Position numbers and translations under genes: made by a program
Notes under the pieces: model-generated
What the model was told of the DNA's origin: nothing
The model's database searches: none
What the model saw: the letters and a program-made list of their open reading frames with translations, nothing else
Virus record (IMG/VR): IMGVR_UViG_3300035696_001163
Strand: one strand, 5' to 3'
Length of the DNA stretch: 10,234 nucleotides
DNA from: a virus
Shown: positions 4,386 to 10,234 of the stretch, one piece after another
How positions within the stretch are numbered: position 1 is the stretch's first letter
Layout: each line of letters opens with the position of its first letter

Positions 4386-4648
4386 ATACGGAACTGCGTC
4401 CAGCGCAGGAGTTCTCGGTTAGTGATTGGACGTGGCCCCTCGTCGCCGATGACATGCAAATGCCCATTTTCCTTAATGACACACAAGTTGTCCGGCTCCG
4501 GAATGTACCAACACTCCGCGCATCCACTGTGCGGGCCTTCGTATCCCACGCTATTCATCCCTCGCACTCCACTGTCCCGTTTTGCTTCTTTCTTTCCAGC
4601 TTCCATCCGGGTAGAAAAACCGGGCAATGTCGCAGCAGACGTAAGCAT
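4358..4648 (-). CDS. Hypothetical protein. The probable true start is ATG 4558, giving about 66 aa (MNSVGYEGPHSGCAECW...).
   Basis: The upstream 4558..4648 part of the track ORF overlaps gene 4551..4751 in another frame. ATG 4558 overlaps that gene's TAG stop by 8 nt in an ATGAATAG junction. Confidence 0.45.
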   Translation of the reverse strand: MLTSAATLPGFSTRMEAGKKEAKRDSGVRGMNSVGYEGPHSGCAECWYIPEPDNLCVIKENGHLHVIGDEGPRPITNRELLRWTQFRIWLHRMEQE

Positions 4649-4751
4649 CCTCGCCGCTGATTTGAATTGTGACTAATTCTCCGTCCATGTCGTTATGGCA
4701 GCATGGGCAGCAATTAACCCCGGTGTACTCATAATCCTTGCAGGTCTTCAT
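4551..4751 (-). CDS. Small Cys-rich protein of 66 aa, containing CCPCCH...CC.
   Basis: ATG at 4751 forms an ATGA overlap with the stop of upstream gene 4748..5110. Confidence 0.5.
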   Translation of the reverse strand: MKTCKDYEYTGVNCCPCCHNDMDGELVTIQISGEDAYVCCDIARFFYPDGSWKERSKTGQWSARDE

Positions 4752-5110
4752 ACACTCTTAGCCTTGGTTTGTGCCGCTTCGATGAGACGTATCACCGCTT
4801 TCTCATTTCCGCTATTGAGACGTGTAGCGTGGCCGAGTTTAAACTCAACGGAACCCCACGTACTTCCCTCTCGTATTGTAAAGGGTTCGTTATTGAAGAC
4901 CAATGCCTTGATCTCAGCGACGGTACAGCCATCGCCATCCACTGTCACGAGAAGCTGTACCGGCCGTTTTGATTTTGACTGTAATCGTTCACCAAAGTGA
5001 ATCAGGCAGCGGTGAAGCCGATGCGCAACACTGCCGGGACCAACGGCGCAACACTGCTCGGAACACTTCGGTACGGAACACCCAACTTGGCATGCGAATA
5101 CTTCATTCAT
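4748..5110 (-). CDS. Hypothetical protein of 120 aa with an N-terminal Cys cluster (CQVGCSVPKCSEQCC).
   Basis: ATG at 5110 is preceded by GAGGA 9 nt upstream and lies 4 nt after the upstream TAA. Confidence 0.6.
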   Translation of the reverse strand: MNEVFACQVGCSVPKCSEQCCAVGPGSVAHRLHRCLIHFGERLQSKSKRPVQLLVTVDGDGCTVAEIKALVFNNEPFTIREGSTWGSVEFKLGHATRLNSGNEKAVIRLIEAAQTKAKSV

Positions 5111-5114
5111 AGGC

Positions 5115-5483
5115 TTAAATCCTCATCATTTCTGCACATTTTCTGGCGTTGTAATCTTCCCGCTGTTTGCGGGACTCTTCTTCGAACGGCCGCAACAAAT
5201 CGTCCACCACTTCTTGCTTCCCCCGGAGCCGCTGAATCTGGGAGTCTAGTTCTCGTAGCTTTTTCTCGTTATCGTGGTCATCGGTGATTCCTCCGGAAAA
5301 GCCGCAATTGAGGCTGCACTCTTCTTTGTGCAACCTATGCATCTGTTCCGTCAAGGTCGAACGTAGCCCCAATAGCGTTGGAAGAATACGGGCTAGAAGC
5401 GCATTCGAAGGCACGTATTTGAACTGGTCGCTCATTGGTAGATCACCTGTCCGAAAGGTCTTTTCCGCACCCACTTGATCCAC
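5115..5483 (-). CDS. Hypothetical protein. The likely start is ATG 5435, giving 106 aa (MSDQFKYVPSN...).
   Basis: ATG 5435..5433 forms an ATGA overlap with the TGA stop of the upstream HNH gene. The track start at 5483 would overlap the HNH gene by 52 nt. Confidence 0.55.
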   Translation of the reverse strand: MDQVGAEKTFRTGDLPMSDQFKYVPSNALLARILPTLLGLRSTLTEQMHRLHKEECSLNCGFSGGITDDHDNEKKLRELDSQIQRLRGKQEVVDDLLRPFEEESRKQREDYNARKCAEMMRI

Positions 5484-5761
5484 TTTTGGACCTCGGGGTG
5501 CGCTTTCAGCTTCTCTATCGTATTATACTCCTGTTCCAACTCCTTCTCGGTGAAAAGTGAGTGCAACTGGCTATGGCATGGGCGACAGGTATCAGCTTGC
5601 TTGTGCCGTTCATTCCCTAAGTCTCGTTTGATGCGCTTGTTGTGCCGCATGCGGGGCACGAGATGGTGTCCGGTGAGCGCCATATTCCCTCGCTCGCAAA
5701 GCTCACATGTGCCAATGACGGAATTAGCTGGTACTTTCATCCGTGGATTCCCATTCCACAT
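5432..5761 (-). CDS. Small HNH endonuclease of 109 aa.
   Basis: ATG at 5761. The HNH motif is CELCE...LTGHHLVPR...N...CRPCHSQLH. Confidence 0.75.
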   Translation of the reverse strand: MWNGNPRMKVPANSVIGTCELCERGNMALTGHHLVPRMRHNKRIKRDLGNERHKQADTCRPCHSQLHSLFTEKELEQEYNTIEKLKAHPEVQKWIKWVRKRPFGQVIYQ

Positions 5762-5999
5762 CTACGGGTAGACCGGGAGCAAGACGGTCTGCATTTGAGC
5801 AAGCCTCAACTCCGTTCATTAAAATATCGTAATGTTCGGCACAAACGTAAAGATGCCTTCCGTCCGTTAGAGTAATAAAATCAATAGCGGGGCGACCACA
5901 GGTTTCCTCCGTTGGAGCGGCGAACGTAATCGGGAAACCGCGACAAGAGTCGAGCACTTCGCATTCATGCCTCATAAAAAGGCCCAGTACTCGTCCCAA
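5724..5999 (-). CDS. Small Cys protein. It is paralog 2 of a tandem pair sharing a CG.PA.DFI...LY.CA.H.D motif. The likely start is ATG 5975, giving 83 aa.
   Basis: ATG 5975..5973 forms an ATGA overlap with the upstream paralog's stop. The motif MR..C..L...AP..E..CG.PAIDFI...LYVCAEHYD is shared with gene 5972..6157. Confidence 0.55.
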   Translation of the reverse strand: MGRVLGLFMRHECEVLDSCRGFPITFAAPTEETCGRPAIDFITLTDGRHLYVCAEHYDILMNGVEACSNADRLAPGLPVDVEWESTDESTS

Positions 6000-6157
6000 T
6001 GCTTGGCGCAGAGGTAGATTTTGTCCGTATCCCCGTTTTTACGCACCCATGGTATAAAGTCCACGGCGGGAAGTCCACACAAGGAGTCTTCGTCAGCTTC
6101 CGGGGCAAGCATACACCCCGCTGTAAAGTCCCTTAACGCCATACAGGTACCTCTCAT
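5972..6157 (-). CDS. Small Cys protein of 61 aa. It is paralog 1 of the tandem pair (..CGLPAVDFI...IYLCAKHWDEY).
   Basis: ATG 6157 forms an ATGA overlap with the stop of the nucleotidyltransferase gene. Paralogy is visible at protein level. Confidence 0.55.
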   Translation of the reverse strand: MRGTCMALRDFTAGCMLAPEADEDSLCGLPAVDFIPWVRKNGDTDKIYLCAKHWDEYWAFL

Positions 6158-7107
6158 GACTGCCAGTGCTCCGTATACGCAGCCGCGACTAGCTGGGATA
6201 TCGCAGACCTGTCTGGGCGTTCGGGCAGCTTAGAAGCCAACCGGGCGCTTTCTAGCAGGGCAAAGCGTTCCCTCGCTATACGCTCAATCTCAGCAAGCGG
6301 TTGGACCTTACCCAATCGAATATCAATCAGGAAGTCCTTTTCCGGACGTGGGAGCGTGATTCGGCCTTCCTGCATCAGCTCAATACCCTCGCCAAGCACC
6401 CTGATCAAATGCATCGCCGCTTTGGTGTCGTAACCATGTTCGTGAATCAGGTCCCAGCGCTGCCCTCGCTTGCCTACGCCTTCGCCTTTGAGTGTACGGA
6501 GCATGTGCTCCGAAAACTTCAGATAATGGTACCCGGCGTGACTACACAGGAATACGTGTCGGTGGGCGTGAACAAATCTTTGCCACGAATCGGGGTGAAG
6601 TGCCATGTTTGGGGCAAACAAATAGTGCATGGCATCGGGGTTGCCCGTGCACACCATCCCCGCCCACTTGCGCAGGGAGTACAGTGTCAGGTCAATGTCA
6701 TCAGGCCCGTTGCGTCGGTCATTTCCCGCCGTGCTCCATTTGAAAAGTTCCGGCTGTCTGGCACGCTCCTGACCGTTAGGCAGGGTGTCGTACTCGGTAA
6801 CGCCAAGTGCCGCGTGCGGAGGCGGGATGTAGATGCCGAACAGGTCGAGGTCTTCTTTCCCGTCCAGCGAGGCACCGTGAGCGCCGGAGCCGCCAATGAA
6901 CAAGTGAATGATTTCATCGGCCCACGTAAAGCCGGTCTGCTTGATGGCTGCGTAAATCGCGTTTACGTCGGTTGTTTTAACAATCTCCATAAATTCCACA
7001 ACGACAGAACCAGAAAGACACCTGTCATGAAGGTGTAGTCTATCCGGTGTAGCGTGTATATATTCACCCAAAGATAGATAGCGTTCCCCGCAACACTGAG
7101 TCCCCAC
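6154..7107 (-). CDS. Pol-beta-fold nucleotidyltransferase. The family is unresolved among MNT, AbiEii and CD-NTase-like groups. The likely start is ATG 6990, giving about 278 aa.
   Basis: The sequence IGGSGAHGASLDGKEDLDLFGIY matches hG[GS]-x9-13-Dh[DE]h, and a later DDIDLTLY strand supplies a third carboxylate. Roughly 180 aa follow the nucleotidyltransferase core. The track start GTG 7107 overlaps the membrane-protein gene by 145 nt. Confidence 0.65.
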   Translation of the reverse strand: MGTQCCGERYLSLGEYIHATPDRLHLHDRCLSGSVVVEFMEIVKTTDVNAIYAAIKQTGFTWADEIIHLFIGGSGAHGASLDGKEDLDLFGIYIPPPHAALGVTEYDTLPNGQERARQPELFKWSTAGNDRRNGPDDIDLTLYSLRKWAGMVCTGNPDAMHYLFAPNMALHPDSWQRFVHAHRHVFLCSHAGYHYLKFSEHMLRTLKGEGVGKRGQRWDLIHEHGYDTKAAMHLIRVLGEGIELMQEGRITLPRPEKDFLIDIRLGKVQPLAEIERIARERFALLESARLASKLPERPDRSAISQLVAAAYTEHWQS

Positions 7108-7247
7108 CCCGTACGCGGGTATTTATGCAGCAGGGCGTAGCAGGCGATCAAGCAGGCGTTGGCGATCCAAACTACCACGAGTTCACGAATCGGATGATCT
7201 TGATGTCTTCCGGCAGCTTGCGCAGATCGACCTCGTAGCCTGTACAC
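6963..7247 (-). CDS. Small integral membrane protein with about three predicted transmembrane helices.
   Basis: Hydrophobic stretches are LVVVWIANACLIACYALL, WGLSVAGNAIYLWVNIYTL and FMTGVFLVLSLWNLW. The track start is GTG 7247. An alternative GTG at 7178 lies 1 nt after the upstream TAG. Confidence 0.5.
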   Translation of the reverse strand: MYRLRGRSAQAAGRHQDHPIRELVVVWIANACLIACYALLHKYPRTGWGLSVAGNAIYLWVNIYTLHRIDYTFMTGVFLVLSLWNLWRLLKQPT

Positions 7248-7468
7248 ATGCCATCATCGTGCCATTCTTTGACTGCACTTTGGTATTTCTTGCTGCCCGA
7301 TAGACTGACCTCAGTCCCAGCCGGATCGGGTTCTTCATCGTTGAAGAATCTTGTTACACTCTCCGGAACCGGCACATCGGCAGCCTCGCAGGCGCGGTAC
7401 GCCTTCAGCATCTTCTGGTACTTTTCATCTGGAGGAATGAATCCTTTGACAAAACAGGACATGCTCAT
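7172..7468 (-). CDS. Hypothetical acidic protein of 98 aa.
   Basis: ATG 7468 is preceded by AAGGA 9 nt upstream and shares one nucleotide with the TAA of the upstream 58-aa ORF (TAATG). Confidence 0.55.
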   Translation of the reverse strand: MSMSCFVKGFIPPDEKYQKMLKAYRACEAADVPVPESVTRFFNDEEPDPAGTEVSLSGSKKYQSAVKEWHDDGMCTGYEVDLRKLPEDIKIIRFVNSW

Positions 7469-7644
7469 TACGCTTTTTCCTTTCCAAGAAATACTTGTTC
7501 AAATTTTTGCGATATAACGAAAGCAACTTGCTTTGCAATTACCTTGCAGGCCGCGCAATCACGAAACTTTTCAATCGGTAAGTTTATCGTGCAACCAAAA
7601 CTGTGATTGTGGATTACTTCCGTAATTTCTTCTAACAGGGTCAT
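7468..7644 (-). CDS. Small protein of 58 aa, MTLLEEITEVIHNHSFGCTINLPIEKFRDCAACKVIAKQVAFVISQKFEQVFLGKEKA. It is below the ORF-track length threshold.
   Basis: Translated by hand. ATG 7644..7642 forms an ATGA overlap with the upstream TGA. Its TAA shares a nucleotide with the downstream ATG. It fills an otherwise unexplained 172-nt gap in a tightly packed operon. Confidence 0.45.
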   Translation of the reverse strand: MTLLEEITEVIHNHSFGCTINLPIEKFRDCAACKVIAKQVAFVISQKFEQVFLGKEKA

Positions 7645-8132
7645 GGTGCTCCCTCAAGTTTCACATCTCTGGCATCGTAATACTGTTTGCGGGCAGCTTC
7701 AATGGTATTCCGCCATTGCGTTCTCTCGGCATCCGTGCGAACGAAAATTTCAATGAAGTCGCAAACAGTTCGAGGTATACCGGCGACACCGGCGGTCTCC
7801 ATCGGCACGTTGCGGCGGAAATGAATCGCCGCTGATGTGCCGAGCCTAACGTCATAGGTCGTGACTTTGACATTGAAGATGCTTGTGCAGTAAAGTTCGC
7901 CTTCTACCTCCGGCGCTGGAAGCGTGGAAACGCAAACATCGTGCTCGTTACCATAATTGCGCAGAAAAGCAGATTCAAGGTAGGCTGTCGCCGTCTCGCT
8001 CTGTGGATGTTCCCGTAAGTGTTTTATCCGTGTCAGGGCGGTAAAGATCATTACACAAGCAACCACCATAATTGCGATCCCTATCCATATCCCCGGATAA
8101 GCCAGTATGTCCCGTTTTAGATCATCCAGCAT
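7641..8132 (-). CDS. Membrane-anchored protein of 163 aa with one N-terminal transmembrane helix and a soluble C-terminal domain.
   Basis: ATG 8132 is preceded by GGAGG 6 nt upstream. The transmembrane helix is PGIWIGIAIMVVACVMIFTAL. The gene overlaps the 3' end of the HNH gene by 11 nt. Confidence 0.65.
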   Translation of the reverse strand: MLDDLKRDILAYPGIWIGIAIMVVACVMIFTALTRIKHLREHPQSETATAYLESAFLRNYGNEHDVCVSTLPAPEVEGELYCTSIFNVKVTTYDVRLGTSAAIHFRRNVPMETAGVAGIPRTVCDFIEIFVRTDAERTQWRNTIEAARKQYYDARDVKLEGAP

Positions 8133-8676
8133 ACGCCGCCTCCGCCTTTTCGATTTCCGGCTGCTTCCAAAACAGCAAGAACATCTGCGTGCTGTTCCCT
8201 TTCTCAGTGTTACAAGTCATGCACATTGTGCACAGGTTGGATAAATCGTTACCGCCGCCTTTGGACTTGGGAAGCACGTGATCCTTCGTCAGCATGACCT
8301 CTTTGCCGTTTTGAAGCCCGTACAGGTTGAAGTGCCATGTCCTCCCCGTGCCCCTGAATGATGTTTCAAACTTGCCGCCCTTTAACTGCTTCCGAACTTT
8401 CTTGGCTGAACGCTCCTTGGCAAAGTACATTCCGGTGATTCCACACCGGACGCATACTAGGGATTCGCGGAACACCTGATACCTATCGGATGTGATTTTG
8501 ATGAAGTCGCCGTCGAATTCAGCCCACGAATTACCGATCTGCGTGAATACCTCATCCAGAGTATAAATGCCGTTACGTTCATAGCCCGGGTGGAAGCCCC
8601 GGACAAGAACACCTTGAGGGACCTGATCGTCAGGGATCATACCCGTATTAGATGCCGTGGAAAAGAAAAAGGCCAC
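8122..8676 (-). CDS. HNH endonuclease of the DH..N..N type.
   Basis: The motif is CVRCG...HFNLYG...LTKDHVLPKSKGGGNDLSNLCTMCMTCNTEKG. The track start is GTG 8676. An alternative ATG lies at 8640. Confidence 0.75.
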   Translation of the reverse strand: MAFFFSTASNTGMIPDDQVPQGVLVRGFHPGYERNGIYTLDEVFTQIGNSWAEFDGDFIKITSDRYQVFRESLVCVRCGITGMYFAKERSAKKVRKQLKGGKFETSFRGTGRTWHFNLYGLQNGKEVMLTKDHVLPKSKGGGNDLSNLCTMCMTCNTEKGNSTQMFLLFWKQPEIEKAEAAYAG

Positions 8677-8721
8677 TCTTTTTCAAGAGCAGCCTCTTTC
8701 CCGGTCGGTGGTACAACCCCT

Positions 8722-10234
8722 TTAGTTACCTACTTTTGCGGGCTTCGCTTGGATATTGCTCAGGATAGTCTCCAAGGCGGTTCCCTTGAACAACCTTTCC
8801 AGTGAGGTTCCAAGTCCAGTCTGTTCATGCAAAGCGAGCGGGGCAACGGCGGTAGCCAGCTTGGTAGCAAACTCCGTCTGTCCCAGCGTGAGCATGGCGG
8901 CTATGAGGTCAGGCGTAATCGCCTTGATCTTCGCCTCGAAGAACTCGACACGCTTCTCCTCGACTGTCAACGTGTAGTCTTCGCCAGCCTTACGACGGTT
9001 TAGCTCGGCTGTGGCAACTGCATCATGCAGCTTTTGCTGGTCGGCTTCGGCCGTCAAGCTGCTGACCGTTTCGGCGATCTCCGCTTGCAACTTCTCCATG
9101 GCTACGTCGGCCCGCTTGGCGTTCAGTTCGGCTTCCAGTTCAAGCTTCTTGATTGCCAAGTCGTTCTCCAGTACCGCTGCTTGCTCCTGAACTTCGACTG
9201 TACGCTTGGTAATGTCGAGGTTCTGCTCGGCGGCGGACAGGGAGATAACGCCTTCGACTGCCTTCTGCTGGGCATTCTTGAGCATCGTGGAGATACGTTC
9301 ATCGGCGATCTTGACATCCAATACTTCAACGTCATAGACCTCCATGCCGTTCTCCGGGAACGGATGAGCCCGACGCTTCCCATCCACCTTCGTGCCGAGG
9401 ATAGTGTCACGGACCTGAGCGGTTGAATCCTCGATGAATTCCTTGATCGACAACTTCTTGACCGCACCTTTGAGAAGTGACCGCATGTGGTCGCACAGGA
9501 ATTTAACGTAGTTCTCGACGGAAAACCACTTGTCCTGAGCTTCCCGAAGGAAGTTAACGCGGTAGGACAACTTTATCTCCACGTTCACAAGGTCTTTCGT
9601 TTCGACCCGGACGATGTCGGATACGACGTTGTTGTCTACGCGCAAGTACACGTCGTGAATCAACTTGTCGGTCGTCTTCGGCTTTCCGGTCGAAAGTTCA
9701 AGAACGGCGAGCGTTTCGTCGTACTTCAGCAGGATGGTTGCCGGTCCAACTACTACACGCCGCCCACCCTTTTTGTCAACGATTTGAACGGCGTAGCCGA
9801 CATAAGGACTGATAGTCGGCACCCCATCGTACTTCGTATTCAGGGTAAGCATCGGCGGTGGGGTGAACTGCGTGCCCCGGTTCAGCTTATCGCCTTCGAA
9901 TGACGCACTGGCGGCTAGTGCTCGACTTCCCGCTGTGCCTCGATTAACGGAGCGGAGAACATCCACGGAAGCTGCCTTAACGGTAGCGTCATAGACATAG
10001 TTGTCGGCATCATTTGCCAGTGCCCGAATGCTGTCATTGAATGCCAATGCTTCGGTGTTACCCGGATACCACAGGCTAACAGTCTTGGCATCCAGCACGC
10101 GGCGGATGATGACTTGAAAACGCGGATCGGGCAGGAAAATCTGTGGACCTTCCACGGTCTCCACATCGCCTATGTTCTTGTCGAGAACATAGCGGCCTTC
10201 GCCCGTGGGGATCGCAATTCCGTAGTAGCGCTGG
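8722..10234 (-). CDS. Large SPFH/band-7-like protein with a beta-rich N-terminal region and a long C-terminal coiled coil. The architecture is flotillin-like or vault-shoulder-like. The CDS is 5'-partial.
   Basis: The frame is open through the right edge; the track's M at 10164 is a GTG inside a longer open frame. An SPFH-like core (..VETKDLVNVEIKLSYRVNF..VYDVEVLDVKIADERISTMLKNAQ) is followed by about 150 aa of heptad-like E/A/K/L-rich sequence. TAA at 8724..8722. Confidence 0.7.
   Translation of the reverse strand, partial: QRYYGIAIPTGEGRYVLDKNIGDVETVEGPQIFLPDPRFQVIIRRVLDAKTVSLWYPGNTEALAFNDSIRALANDADNYVYDATVKAASVDVLRSVNRGTAGSRALAASASFEGDKLNRGTQFTPPPMLTLNTKYDGVPTISPYVGYAVQIVDKKGGRRVVVGPATILLKYDETLAVLELSTGKPKTTDKLIHDVYLRVDNNVVSDIVRVETKDLVNVEIKLSYRVNFLREAQDKWFSVENYVKFLCDHMRSLLKGAVKKLSIKEFIEDSTAQVRDTILGTKVDGKRRAHPFPENGMEVYDVEVLDVKIADERISTMLKNAQQKAVEGVISLSAAEQNLDITKRTVEVQEQAAVLENDLAIKKLELEAELNAKRADVAMEKLQAEIAETVSSLTAEADQQKLHDAVATAELNRRKAGEDYTLTVEEKRVEFFEAKIKAITPDLIAAMLTLGQTEFATKLATAVAPLALHEQTGLGTSLERLFKGTALETILSNIQAKPAKVGN

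Noticed and set aside
6301-7038. Plus-strand ORFs 6021..6233, 6301..7038 (245 aa) and 6492..6743, antisense to the nucleotidyltransferase gene.
   Set aside because: They are shadow ORFs opposite a gene with a clear active-site motif, with no start context. The whole region belongs to a minus-strand operon.
8650-8721. Intrinsic terminator after the SPFH gene (GAAAAAG/CTTTTTC stem plus T-run).
   Set aside because: The stem is entirely A:U apart from its ends, so it is very weak. The downstream HNH gene and the coupled genes argue for read-through. It was left uncalled.
9025-9903. Plus-strand ORFs 9025..9426 and 9487..9903, and the minus-strand ORF 9123..9467 in another frame.
   Set aside because: They are antisense or out-of-frame shadows of the long SPFH/coiled-coil gene. 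Their compositions are repetitive and low-complexity.
1-10234. CRISPR array, integrase, transposase or IS element, and rRNA.
   Set aside because: There are no short regularly spaced direct repeats, no recombinase-like ORFs and no rRNA-like conserved blocks. Mobility here is limited to HNH homing endonucleases.

Overview
The window looks like part of a phage or prophage genome, and nearly everything is transcribed on the minus strand. The middle section (873-2934) is a tRNA array interleaved with HNH homing-endonuclease genes. Five tRNAs are canonical and all encode CCA: Trp-CCA, Asn-GUU, Arg-ACG, Arg-CCG, and His-GUG with an encoded G-1. Three more are non-canonical: a long-variable-arm, Tyr-like tRNA that carries an Asn GUU anticodon; a long-variable-arm tRNA-like gene with a Gln CUG anticodon and an almost unpaired D-stem; and a degenerate Arg-like pseudo-tRNA. 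An exact 11-mer, GCAGTATTAAA (minus strand), sits 5 nt upstream of the ATG of two unrelated HNH genes. To the right of the array, an intrinsic terminator (about 3082-3119) closes a long minus-strand operon of tightly coupled, overlapping genes with ATGA and TAATG junctions. That operon holds two more HNH endonucleases, a tandem pair of paralogous small Cys proteins, a Pol-beta-fold nucleotidyltransferase, small membrane proteins, and a large SPFH/band-7-like protein with a long coiled-coil tail that runs off the right edge. At the left edge a GC-rich segment carries the only plus-strand genes, a tandem pair of paralogous small Cys proteins sharing a CPLHEESR motif. They lie opposite a frameshifted ATP-grasp-like remnant and a partial gene on the minus strand. 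No CRISPR array, rRNA, integrase or transposase is recognisable. All calls rest on reading the sequence and ORF track by eye; no database search was possible.
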